64,000 bases of DNA from a virus (taxonomy: Duplodnaviria; Heunggongvirae; Uroviricota; Caudoviricetes; Herelleviridae): IMG/VR virus record IMGVR_UViG_2706796071_000001. One strand, given 5' to 3'. The translations under genes and the position numbers were made by a program. Below the pieces are notes generated by a model, which saw only the letters and a program-made list of their open reading frames with translations, did no database searches and had not been told where the DNA came from. Positions within the stretch are counted from its first letter, which is position 1. The number at the start of each line of letters is the position of its first letter. This document shows positions 56,190 through 64,000 of this stretch, piece after piece.

Positions 56190-56197
56190 TATATACT
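56169..56197 (+). promoter_or_regulatory. SigmaA-type promoter
   Basis: TTGACA-17bp-TATACT. Confidence 0.7.
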
Positions 56198-56227
56198 AAG
56201 ATTATAAATAAAACAAAGAAAAGAGGA

Positions 56228-56419
56228 ATGATTATTATGTTATTAGGAATTTTATGGTTTATATGGGGATTTGTATCTTATTTTGTAGTGATGTTTGGAA
56301 TTGAATTTTGGAAAGATAGATGGATGCCTGGAGTTATAGGTGCAGGAGCCTTACTACTATTCTTATTTTGGATTATGAAGTCTATTCATAATGCTATGAC
56401 AGTAGTATACTTGTATTAG
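56228..56419 (+). CDS. Small membrane protein (about 60 aa)
   Basis: Two hydrophobic helices; GAGGA RBS. Confidence 0.7.
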   Translation: MIIMLLGILWFIWGFVSYFVVMFGIEFWKDRWMPGVIGAGALLLFLFWIMKSIHNAMTVVYLY

Positions 56420-56431
56420 GAGGTTATATAG

Positions 56432-56803
56432 ATGATTGATATACTAGTTATTCACTATGAAGAAACAAATAAACGGGTTTTAAAAGAAACAATACAAACA
56501 ATACAAAATCATTTAAATGATGAACATGGTTTAGTTAAGATGACAGCAACAAAACTTAGCAGAGAGAATATAGAAAAAAGATTTAATGATTATAATATAG
56601 TTATTGCAGAAAATGACCCTGATAGTTTTTACAGCTATTCAGATGCAGTAGACGATGTATATTTTGTTATAGATATACCAATTTCATATTTAGATATACA
56701 TGCAGGTGTGGAGTGGGATGTTGATAATCCTGTAGATATGTTAGATAGGAACCCTGATTTTATAGAAGCTATGGGTCAATTAAATGAAGATTTAATGTTA
56801 TAA
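56432..56803 (+). CDS. Acidic hypothetical protein (123 aa)
   Basis: AGGAGG RBS. Confidence 0.75.
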   Translation: MIDILVIHYEETNKRVLKETIQTIQNHLNDEHGLVKMTATKLSRENIEKRFNDYNIVIAENDPDSFYSYSDAVDDVYFVIDIPISYLDIHAGVEWDVDNPVDMLDRNPDFIEAMGQLNEDLML

Positions 56804-56815
56804 GGAGGAAATAAA

Positions 56816-57163
56816 ATGTTAAATGAAAAACTAAAAAATTTAGAAGATACGAAAGTATATATGATTAATAGTATTGCAAGTTTACTAAGTGCAAGTACAG
56901 GTAAGTCAAGTAAGGTATTTTTTGATGAAGGAACTATTAAAATTGTAAGTGGTGATACAAAAGCGGTAGAAGTTATTGATAATTTAGTTCACCCTCATTC
57001 AGGACGTTTACCTATTAAAACAACAGAACGTATTGCTCTTGGTAGACTAACAGATTCTTTACAGTTTGTTATTTCAGAAATAGAAGCGGTTAAAGACCAA
57101 ATTATAGATGAAGAAAATGAAGCTTACATTGATTTTGTGATGGAAGATTGGAATTGGGATTAA
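56816..57163 (+). CDS. Hypothetical protein (115 aa)
   Basis: AAGGAGG RBS. Confidence 0.75.
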   Translation: MLNEKLKNLEDTKVYMINSIASLLSASTGKSSKVFFDEGTIKIVSGDTKAVEVIDNLVHPHSGRLPIKTTERIALGRLTDSLQFVISEIEAVKDQIIDEENEAYIDFVMEDWNWD

Positions 57164-57168
57164 CGCCT

Positions 57169-57441
57169 ATGGACTTAATGACAATAGCTTCTGTTGCCTT
57201 TATAGCTGTAGTTATCATTGATTTAATTAATGATGATATGAGCTATATGTTAACTGGTACTGCAATATTAATAAACATTTGGGCAGGTTTTTATGGATGG
57301 TTCTTTTTATTACAAGCAGGTATGTTACTTTTCTTACTCTTAGCTAGAAAAGTTAAAGATGATAAGGAGTCGATTCTATACTCCAGTGCTTCATTAATAT
57401 GTGCACTAGGAATGATAATAAATCTTCTTATATTTTCTTAA
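57169..57441 (+). CDS. Membrane protein (about 90 aa, 3 TM); start uncertain
   Basis: Hydrophobic helices. Confidence 0.65.
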   Translation: MDLMTIASVAFIAVVIIDLINDDMSYMLTGTAILINIWAGFYGWFFLLQAGMLLFLLLARKVKDDKESILYSSASLICALGMIINLLIFS

Positions 57442-57450
57442 AAATAAGTG

Positions 57451-57479
57451 TTGACACTTCTAAACTTTTGTATTATACT
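57451..57479 (+). promoter_or_regulatory. SigmaA-type promoter
   Basis: TTGACA-17bp-TATACT. Confidence 0.75.
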
Positions 57480-57510
57480 ATATGTATAACAAGTACAGGA
57501 GATGATTAAT

Positions 57511-57816
57511 ATGAGTAAAGAAACAATCAGAAGACAATTTTCAAATGCAATTGAGATTATGGCAACAACTAAAGAATGGTGGAACTTCCCTAAAAGTTTT
57601 GATACGAATAAAGAATTTAAAATTAAAACTTTTAAAAATGATACACTTGTATTTGAAGTCAGAGAAGGCAGTAGAAATTTAGGAAGCTTTGTAGTTTTTA
57701 CAAACATTGATTTTGATTATGATAAACTAGAAGGAACTTCAACACAATATATGATTAATTACTTTGCTAAGAAATTAACTAAAGATATGTTTAACTATCA
57801 TAAGTTACAATTATAG
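57511..57816 (+). CDS. Hypothetical protein (101 aa)
   Basis: AGGAGA RBS before ATG 57511. Confidence 0.75.
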   Translation: MSKETIRRQFSNAIEIMATTKEWWNFPKSFDTNKEFKIKTFKNDTLVFEVREGSRNLGSFVVFTNIDFDYDKLEGTSTQYMINYFAKKLTKDMFNYHKLQL

Positions 57817-57830
57817 TAGGAGGTGGAAAG

Positions 57831-58181
57831 ATGAGAGAGGAATTAAAACCTTTTAATAGAAAACAAGTCAATGTTAAAGGGTACTTAGATGATGTTAAGT
57901 ACTCAAAGCGTAGAAGACATAAGGGTAATCAACATGGATGTGTAAAAATAACAGTTACTGATGTAAAGATTAATGGTATATCTATTGACCATGTTAATAT
58001 TGAAGTTGGAATTTCTTTTTATGAGAAATTAAAGGAATTACAGGGAAAAAGAATTCAATTTGTAGGTACTGTTTACAAATATGTTAAACATGCTCGAGGA
58101 CATAAAGGTAGAATTAAAGGATTTTATAAAGAGGATTATAGTGTAACTTTAGATAAGAAGTTACAAAAGGAGGAAAATTAA
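57831..58181 (+). CDS. Basic protein, possible OB-fold nucleic-acid binder (116 aa)
   Basis: Beta-rich; VNVKGYLDDV...KGKRIQFVGTVYKY; K/R-rich loops. Confidence 0.45.
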   Translation: MREELKPFNRKQVNVKGYLDDVKYSKRRRHKGNQHGCVKITVTDVKINGISIDHVNIEVGISFYEKLKELQGKRIQFVGTVYKYVKHARGHKGRIKGFYKEDYSVTLDKKLQKEEN

Positions 58182-58214
58182 AATGGGAATACATTAAATA
58201 AGGTGGCTATATAA

Positions 58215-58394
58215 ATGAATGAGTGGTATGCTCTATGTTACTATGATAGAGTAGGTAAAAAGAAAATACCTAGGCAAGTTAGAGCACATAGAGATATTTC
58301 AGTATTAGAAGAATTAAAAGAAAGATTAGAAGAAAGAAATCCTAATACAGAATACTCTATAAAAACAACAAAAGAATTTGATGAGGAGAGATAA
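58215..58394 (+). CDS. Hypothetical protein (59 aa), absent from the ORF track
   Basis: AAGGTGG RBS; MNEWYALCYYDRVGKKKIPRQVRAHRD... Confidence 0.7.
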   Translation: MNEWYALCYYDRVGKKKIPRQVRAHRDISVLEELKERLEERNPNTEYSIKTTKEFDEER

Positions 58395-58396
58395 GG

Positions 58397-58465
58397 ATGC
58401 TAACACCACAACAAAAAGATTCATTAAAAGAACAACAAAAGAAATTAAGTAAAAAGAAGAAATAA
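58397..58465 (+). CDS. Putative 22-aa basic micro-peptide MLTPQQKDSLKEQQKKLSKKKK
   Basis: GAGGAG RBS 8 nt upstream; fills the gap before a promoter. Confidence 0.45.
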   Translation: MLTPQQKDSLKEQQKKLSKKKK

Positions 58466-58468
58466 CTG

Positions 58469-58497
58469 TTGACAAATGAGTGTGCATAGGTTATACT
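58469..58497 (+). promoter_or_regulatory. SigmaA-type promoter
   Basis: TTGACA-17bp-TATACT. Confidence 0.75.
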
Positions 58498-58528
58498 TAA
58501 GTTAACAAATAAAGAGGAGGTATGACCT

Positions 58529-58603
58529 ATGTTATTCATAATTTTTATTCTAGCAGTATTCTTTGTACTAGGGTTTATTAACGGATGGAACTCAGAAGAC
58601 TAA
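58529..58603 (+). CDS. Putative 24-aa hydrophobic micro-peptide MLFIIFILAVFFVLGFINGWNSED
   Basis: GAGGAGGT RBS; first ORF after a sigmaA promoter; single TM helix. Confidence 0.6.
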   Translation: MLFIIFILAVFFVLGFINGWNSED

Positions 58604-58619
58604 AAAAGGAGTGGTTATA

Positions 58620-59030
58620 GTGAAGTTAGAAGATAAAGTATTAGAAAGAATTGATTCTCTTGGAGGTAAGTTAGGTGATATTAGCCAACATGCTTGGGAA
58701 GCTTTAGTAAAGTACCAAATTATATATGGTATTATAGACCTTATAGTAGGTATTGTAGTTATAGCATTAACTTTATTTTTATGGAAGGTATTTATTAACC
58801 AACATAAAAAGGTAAATGATATGGATAGAGATGATGATTATAGTTTACTATTTGAAGATTGTGAAGATTTATCAGGCATAGGTTTGTTTTATGTAATAGT
58901 TACATCATTAATATCACTATTTGCATTTATATACTTAATCTATGGAATACCTATGGATATTATAAAGATATTAAACCCTGAAGTATTTGCAGTAAAAGAT
59001 TTAATCGAACAAGCTAAAGGAGGAAATTAA
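58620..59030 (+). CDS. Membrane protein (136 aa, GTG start)
   Basis: AAGGAG RBS; two TM helices. Confidence 0.7.
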   Translation: MKLEDKVLERIDSLGGKLGDISQHAWEALVKYQIIYGIIDLIVGIVVIALTLFLWKVFINQHKKVNDMDRDDDYSLLFEDCEDLSGIGLFYVIVTSLISLFAFIYLIYGIPMDIIKILNPEVFAVKDLIEQAKGGN

Positions 59031-59031
59031 A

Positions 59032-59256
59032 ATGAACTATAAAGAAGTACTAGAAGTTATTAAAAAGAATAAGCCATGTAAGGTTAGATTTACCGGAAGT
59101 ATTCTAGCAATCGTTAATAAGGAATTTAATGCAGATACTGATAAAGGTATACTACAAATTGATGTATCAAATATTAATAAAGATGACTATATTAAGATAC
59201 AACAGTATTGTTTAGAAAGAGATGATTATACTGTAGCAGGAGCTATTTTATTTTAA
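59032..59256 (+). CDS. Hypothetical protein (74 aa)
   Basis: AAGGAGG RBS. Confidence 0.7.
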   Translation: MNYKEVLEVIKKNKPCKVRFTGSILAIVNKEFNADTDKGILQIDVSNINKDDYIKIQQYCLERDDYTVAGAILF

Positions 59257-59268
59257 GGAGGAGTAATT

Positions 59269-59469
59269 ATGAATTATAGAGATTTTATTACGGATTGTAT
59301 TAGTGGTGGTTATAACGTCCACATTAGTGTTACTGAGAAAAGAGTTCACATTATTTCAGAAATGACATCAGCATCTTATCCGAAGAAAGAAATTAATTTG
59401 GATGAACTACAAGCTTATGTTTATTATATGAATAATTTTGGAAGTCAGATTACAACGGAGGGATTATAA
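59269..59469 (+). CDS. Hypothetical protein (66 aa)
   Basis: AAGGAGG RBS. Confidence 0.7.
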   Translation: MNYRDFITDCISGGYNVHISVTEKRVHIISEMTSASYPKKEINLDELQAYVYYMNNFGSQITTEGL

Positions 59470-59760
59470 ATGGAATTAGTTATTAATATTATAGCAGTAT
59501 TAATTGGTATGTATGGTATTTACTTTTATGTTACAAAATTTAGTACTGGTCTATCAGGTATTTTAATTGTACTAGGTATGGCTGTAGGTCTTTACTTTTA
59601 CTTAGATTACTTAAATGTTAGAGAGAATGTTATTCGATTAGTATCTGTAATGTTTGGTGCTTTCTTATTTAGTATCGAGATGATTTATAATAAGATTATG
59701 TTTGAAATTAAAAAATCTAAGTATGATAAGACTGTTAGAACGTACAGAGGAGACCAATAA
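59470..59760 (+). CDS. Membrane protein (96 aa, 3 TM)
   Basis: Hydrophobic helices; GGAGG RBS. Confidence 0.7.
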   Translation: MELVINIIAVLIGMYGIYFYVTKFSTGLSGILIVLGMAVGLYFYLDYLNVRENVIRLVSVMFGAFLFSIEMIYNKIMFEIKKSKYDKTVRTYRGDQ

Positions 59761-59852
59761 GAATTTTACTATAAAGAGTACTTAAAATAGGTTAAGTGCT
59801 CTATATGGTACCTTAAAATGGCTTAGAATTGAAATTAAGGAGATGAAAAGTT

Positions 59853-60146
59853 ATGTATCCTGATATAGGTGAGTTAGCTTATAAATTAAAAAGTACTAGA
59901 GAAAGACTAGAAGGTATTATGATGGAGGAAGTTTGGGAAATACATCATAGAGAAACAGGAAAACTAGTTTTTAAAGGTGGATACTTAGAAGTAAAAGAAA
60001 TATTAAGAAAAATGTATAAGGAGAATTTAACATTAGTAGATGTAGACACAATGTTAAATATCGGTCAAGGGTTTTTTGATGTTGCTAAAAGTATATCAGC
60101 AGAAAATGTATTTCAAATAAACTATAAAAAGGAGTTACCACGATGA
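59853..60146 (+). CDS. Hypothetical protein (97 aa)
   Basis: AAGGAG RBS; ATGA overlap with the prs-like gene. Confidence 0.65.
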   Translation: MYPDIGELAYKLKSTRERLEGIMMEEVWEIHHRETGKLVFKGGYLEVKEILRKMYKENLTLVDVDTMLNIGQGFFDVAKSISAENVFQINYKKELPR

Positions 60147-61051
60147 TTAAAGTATTTTCAGAAATGGATACAAAATATAAAACAATTGTGCCTGAAAAGT
60201 TCCCTAATGGTGAGATTAATTTTAAATATGATGACTTAAAATATTTAGTAGAAGGGGAACTATGGTTTGATGTTTTCTTTAAATGGGAAAATGATGCAGA
60301 CTTAATGCATTTGTATATGTTTACTAAGTACCTAGAACAATTAGGTATTAAAGATAATGTTTCCTTCTTGGAAGTTGCATACTTACCCTATAGCAGAATG
60401 GATAGAGTAGAAGAAGGTCACAGTAATATGTTTAGTCTTAAGTATATTGCAGAATTTGTTAACAATCTTAATTATAAATCTGTATTGATAGCAGAAGCTC
60501 ATAGCCCTGTAACAGGAAAACTAATTAAAAATTCTGTTTCTATAGATGTCACACTTAAATTATTAGACCAATATATTGAAATGTCTGAAGAACCTGTAAC
60601 AATTGTACTACCTGATAAAGGAGCATATGACAGATACTTATCTGATGTGGAAGACATCTTAAAGGATTCCAATATTGAAAATTATTCAATTGTATATGGT
60701 GAAAAGAAACGTGATTTTGAAACAGGTAAAATTAAAGGTATTAAAATCGTTAAAGATAAAAATACTCTATATGATAACTGTATTATACTAGATGATTTAA
60801 CAAGTTATGGTGGTACATTTGTAGGTTGTAAAAAAGCCCTTGACAATCTTAAGGTAAATAGTGTATCATTAATATTGACTCATGCAGAGAAAGTATTTCA
60901 AGACGGTAAATTATTTAAGTCAGGGTTTAAAGATATTATTGTAACAGACTCAATGTTACCTGATAACCAGTGGGAGAAAGCTATTGCTAAACACAGAGCA
61001 CAAGAAAACGGAACAGAATTACAAATAAAGAGTATCGAAAGATATCTATAA
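60143..61051 (+). CDS. PRPP-synthetase-like protein; candidate ADPR-PP synthetase (Adps) of NARP1
   Basis: FPNGE, LPYSRMDR, LPDKGA, ILDDLTSYGGTF, THA motifs. Confidence 0.85.
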   Translation: MIKVFSEMDTKYKTIVPEKFPNGEINFKYDDLKYLVEGELWFDVFFKWENDADLMHLYMFTKYLEQLGIKDNVSFLEVAYLPYSRMDRVEEGHSNMFSLKYIAEFVNNLNYKSVLIAEAHSPVTGKLIKNSVSIDVTLKLLDQYIEMSEEPVTIVLPDKGAYDRYLSDVEDILKDSNIENYSIVYGEKKRDFETGKIKGIKIVKDKNTLYDNCIILDDLTSYGGTFVGCKKALDNLKVNSVSLILTHAEKVFQDGKLFKSGFKDIIVTDSMLPDNQWEKAIAKHRAQENGTELQIKSIERYL

Positions 61052-61068
61052 AAGGAGAAGAATAAACT

Positions 61069-62538
61069 ATGCTAAATCCAACATTAATGTGTGATTTCTA
61101 TAAATTAAGTCACAGAGAGCAATATCCGGAAGGTACAGAAATTGTATACAGTACACTTGTACCTAGAAGTAATAAATACTATGAACATAGTGATAATATT
61201 GTAGTATTTGGTATTCAATCATTAGTTAAGAAGTACTTTATTGATATGTTTAATAAAGAATTCTTTAATAGACCTAAAGAGGAAGTTATTAATGAATATA
61301 AACGTACGGTTAAGTTTACATTAGGTCACGAGAATCCTGACGCTAAACATTTAGAACAATTACATGACCTAGGTTACTTACCTATTGATGTAAGAGCTTT
61401 AAAAGAAGGTACAGTAGTTCATCCTAATACACCTGTTATGACAATTGAAAATACTCATTCAGATTTCTTTTGGTTAACTAACTACTTAGAAACCATTATT
61501 AGTACTCAAACATGGCAAGCAATGACTAGTGCTACACTAGCGTATGATATGCGTAAAATGTTAGATAAGTATGCACTAGAAACAGTAGGTAATATTGAAG
61601 CAGTAGATTTCCAAGGACATGACTTTAGTATGCGTGGAATGAGTTCATTAGAAACAGCTCAACTAAGCTCAGCAGGTCATGCAATTAGTTTTAAAGGTAG
61701 TGACACTGTACCTGTAGTAGACTTTTTAGAATCTTACTACAATGCAGATGTAGAAAAAGAAATGGTTGTTGCTTCCATCCCTGCTACTGAGCATTCAGTT
61801 ATGTGTGCAAATGGTGATTATGAAACAATGGATGAATATGAGACATACAAACGTATGTTAACAGAAATTTACCCGACAGGAGTATTCTCTATTGTATCTG
61901 ATACTTGGGATTTTTGGGGTAATATGACTAAAACTTTACCTAGATTAAAAGATATTATTATGGAACGTGACGGTAAAGTAGTAATCAGACCTGATAGTGG
62001 AGACCCTGTTAAGATTATTTGTGGAGACCCTGACGCAGATACTGAGTATGAACGTAAAGGTGCTGTAGAGGTGCTTTGGGATACTTTTGGAGGTACTGAA
62101 ACTGAAAAAGGATATAAAGTACTAGATGAGCATGTAGGATTAATTTATGGGGACTCTATTAACTATGAGCGTGCACATCAAATTTGTGAAGGATTAAAAG
62201 AAAAAGGTTTTGCAAGTATTAACGTTGTATTAGGTGTAGGTAGTTTCTCTTACCAATTTAATACTCGTGATACTCATGGCTTTGCAATCAAAGCAACCTA
62301 TGCTAAGATTAAAAATGAAGAGAAACTTATCTATAAGAACCCTAAAACAGATAGTGGCAAACGTTCACACAAAGGTAGAGTAGCTGTTTATGCAGATGGC
62401 TCATGGGAAGATAACCTAAATCTTCACCAATGGTTAAATAAACAAAATGTTACTCAATTAGAAAAAGTATTTGAAGATGGTAAGTTATACAGAGACCAGT
62501 CACTAAGTGAAATTAGAGAAATAATTAAAAATAATTAA
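61069..62538 (+). CDS. Nicotinamide phosphoribosyltransferase-like protein; candidate Namat of NARP1
   Basis: DFYKLSH, HDFSMRG, SIPATEHS, VSDTWD, RPDSGDP, YGDSI, GVGS, KTDSGKRS motifs. Confidence 0.9.
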   Translation: MLNPTLMCDFYKLSHREQYPEGTEIVYSTLVPRSNKYYEHSDNIVVFGIQSLVKKYFIDMFNKEFFNRPKEEVINEYKRTVKFTLGHENPDAKHLEQLHDLGYLPIDVRALKEGTVVHPNTPVMTIENTHSDFFWLTNYLETIISTQTWQAMTSATLAYDMRKMLDKYALETVGNIEAVDFQGHDFSMRGMSSLETAQLSSAGHAISFKGSDTVPVVDFLESYYNADVEKEMVVASIPATEHSVMCANGDYETMDEYETYKRMLTEIYPTGVFSIVSDTWDFWGNMTKTLPRLKDIIMERDGKVVIRPDSGDPVKIICGDPDADTEYERKGAVEVLWDTFGGTETEKGYKVLDEHVGLIYGDSINYERAHQICEGLKEKGFASINVVLGVGSFSYQFNTRDTHGFAIKATYAKIKNEEKLIYKNPKTDSGKRSHKGRVAVYADGSWEDNLNLHQWLNKQNVTQLEKVFEDGKLYRDQSLSEIREIIKNN

Positions 62539-62546
62539 TAAATCTT

Positions 62547-62585
62547 AAACTCCCTATTGACAAAGGGAGTTTTTTATTGTATAGT
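62547..62585 (+). promoter_or_regulatory. Terminator with TTGACA in its loop, plus -10
   Basis: AAACTCCCT/AGGGAGTTT stem, loop ATTGACAA; TTGACA(62557)-17bp-TATAGT(62580). Confidence 0.8.
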
Positions 62586-62628
62586 ATAAGTATAGTAAAT
62601 AAAGAAGTGAAAGATAGGAGGAATAAAT

Positions 62629-62940
62629 ATGAATGCATTTCAAGCTAGGACATTATCTATCATAACTAAACTAGAATCAAAGAAAGAATACGAAGAAATG
62701 GTTCCTGTGTACACGAGAAGTGCCTTAGAAGATATTAGTAAAAGAATTGAGTACTCAGCTAGTATAGGTCAGTCAGAACTAAAAGTAGAAACAATAGATT
62801 ACCCTAATCTTAATAAAGAAGCATTTAAGTGTATTAAAGCAGAGCTAAAGAAGGAAGGATTTAAAGTATCGTTTAAAACTTTTAAAGAAAATTATGGTAC
62901 TTGTATCCTTGTTTCTAAGGGGATAATTATTAAATGGTAA
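62629..62940 (+). CDS. Hypothetical protein (103 aa)
   Basis: AGGAGG RBS. Confidence 0.7.
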   Translation: MNAFQARTLSIITKLESKKEYEEMVPVYTRSALEDISKRIEYSASIGQSELKVETIDYPNLNKEAFKCIKAELKKEGFKVSFKTFKENYGTCILVSKGIIIKW

Positions 62941-62956
62941 AGTAGGAGGAATTATA

Positions 62957-63190
62957 ATGACATATATAACACATAGACAAATTGACTATATAGTCTACCT
63001 ACACAAGATACTTGAAGAATTTGGTTATGTAGATTTTGAGTTTAAAACCTATTCAGAATACAGTAAACTAAACACTAAACAAGCAGGTGTATATATTAGG
63101 AAACTAGAAAATGAAATGACTCCTAATGTATATGATGCTATGGAAGAGAAGGTATGTTTAGAAGAGATTTATGGTATAGGGCAAGAATAA
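62957..63190 (+). CDS. Hypothetical protein (77 aa)
   Basis: AGGAGG RBS. Confidence 0.7.
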   Translation: MTYITHRQIDYIVYLHKILEEFGYVDFEFKTYSEYSKLNTKQAGVYIRKLENEMTPNVYDAMEEKVCLEEIYGIGQE

Positions 63191-63211
63191 AAGAATAATT
63201 TTATTTTAGTG

Positions 63212-63240
63212 TTTACATTTAGTAAGTAATATGGTAATAT
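63212..63240 (+). promoter_or_regulatory. Putative sigmaA promoter
   Basis: TTTACA-17bp-TAATAT with TGG extension. Confidence 0.5.
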
Positions 63241-63269
63241 TAGTATATAATAAATTAGGAGGAATTAAT

Positions 63270-63464
63270 ATGAATAGAGAACAAATTAGTAAATTAGAAG
63301 ATAAAGTGAACGAGGTAGTTAGCAACGAGGAAATTATAGATGACGTAGCATATGTACAAGCACATAAATTAATTAAAGAATATTTAGATTTACCAATCTC
63401 AAATCTTGAGAAAAAAGATGTTATGACAGAAGTATTATTGTTACTTAATAAAGCTAATAATTAG
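63270..63464 (+). CDS. Hypothetical protein (64 aa)
   Basis: AGGAGG RBS before ATG 63270. Confidence 0.7.
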   Translation: MNREQISKLEDKVNEVVSNEEIIDDVAYVQAHKLIKEYLDLPISNLEKKDVMTEVLLLLNKANN

Positions 63465-63477
63465 GAGGAGATAGATT

Positions 63478-63801
63478 ATGGAAATAAAGTATATAGCTAA
63501 ATATTTTGGCTCAGGAACAAATAGAGGGAAGTTAAGCACGAACGGTTTTGATTTTATAGGAGTTTCTATAAATGATAACGAAACACACTTAACTTTTCAT
63601 TTTAGGCAGGATTTTCGTGTTACAATAGTGGATGCACATAATGGAAGTAAAAAAGTAAATGGTGTTATATGTAAAGATTCAGAAGTGTTTAAGCAAGTGG
63701 TATATGAACTAGAAAAAGAAGCATTAAGAAGAAGAGAACAGAAAGAAAGAGAAGAAGAAGAATTTAATGAAATAAGTAGTTATTTACAAAAACTTTTATA
63801 A
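63478..63801 (+). CDS. Hypothetical protein (107 aa)
   Basis: AGGAGG RBS. Confidence 0.7.
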   Translation: MEIKYIAKYFGSGTNRGKLSTNGFDFIGVSINDNETHLTFHFRQDFRVTIVDAHNGSKKVNGVICKDSEVFKQVVYELEKEALRRREQKEREEEEFNEISSYLQKLL

Positions 63802-63813
63802 GGAGGAATTGTA

Positions 63814-64000
63814 ATGGAAGTAGATGGCTCAAGATTATTATATTTAGAAAGTTGTGAGGGTCTAGTTGGTTCTTTAAAGGCAGAAAATGAACAACTCAAA
63901 AATCGTAATACAGATTTAAATGAGCAAGTGATGAATATACAAGAAAAATTTGAGGTTACTAGAATGAACCTTGACAGTAAGACTGAAATGTATAACTATA
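63814..64000 (+). CDS. Coiled-coil hypothetical protein (3' truncated by window)
   Basis: AAGGAGG RBS; MEVDGSRLLYLESCEGLVGSLKAENEQLK... open to the window end. Confidence 0.65.
   Translation, partial: MEVDGSRLLYLESCEGLVGSLKAENEQLKNRNTDLNEQVMNIQEKFEVTRMNLDSKTEMYNY

Noticed and set aside
29425-63269. Upstream-extended starts in the ORF track (29425, 31960, 38139, 42715, 46806, 50172, 53185, 55622, 63231 and others)
   Set aside because: Better SD-supported downstream starts exist, and the extensions overlap other genes or promoters; this is unlike the 33777 case, where the annotated ATG lacks an SD

Overview
This window is an AT-rich segment of a lytic Staphylococcus myovirus (Herelleviridae, Twortvirinae; phage K / Kayvirus-like). 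All credible genes lie on the + strand. 1-17.6 kb: baseplate and adsorption module (tail spike with a GDPD domain, LysM/gp25 wedge, baseplate J, large baseplate and fibre proteins, two receptor-binding proteins). 17.7-42.6 kb: replication, recombination and nucleotide metabolism (SF2 and DnaB-like helicases, SbcD/SbcC, gp67-type anti-sigma factor, primase, resolvase, nrdIEF, thioredoxin, HU-like protein, intron-free PolA, SSB, RecA, sigma factor). 42.7-44.1 kb: an isolated late cassette of three Ig/FN3-type virion proteins. 44-60 kb: small accessory and membrane genes, many with their own sigmaA promoters. 60.1-62.5 kb: a PRPP-synthetase-like plus NAMPT-like pair (NARP1-type NAD+ reconstitution). 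The most novel-looking signals are: (i) FN3-like domains split between consecutive ORFs, suggesting a strand-complementation chain; (ii) promoters repeatedly built inside terminator hairpins; (iii) an apparent AUC-initiated gene; (iv) a GNAT-like protein with its own consensus promoter; (v) a Mu gp27-like protein behind a structured non-coding region; (vi) unannotated micro-peptides. I saw no tRNA, CRISPR array, intron or homing endonuclease. All family assignments come from motif reading and recall, not database searches.
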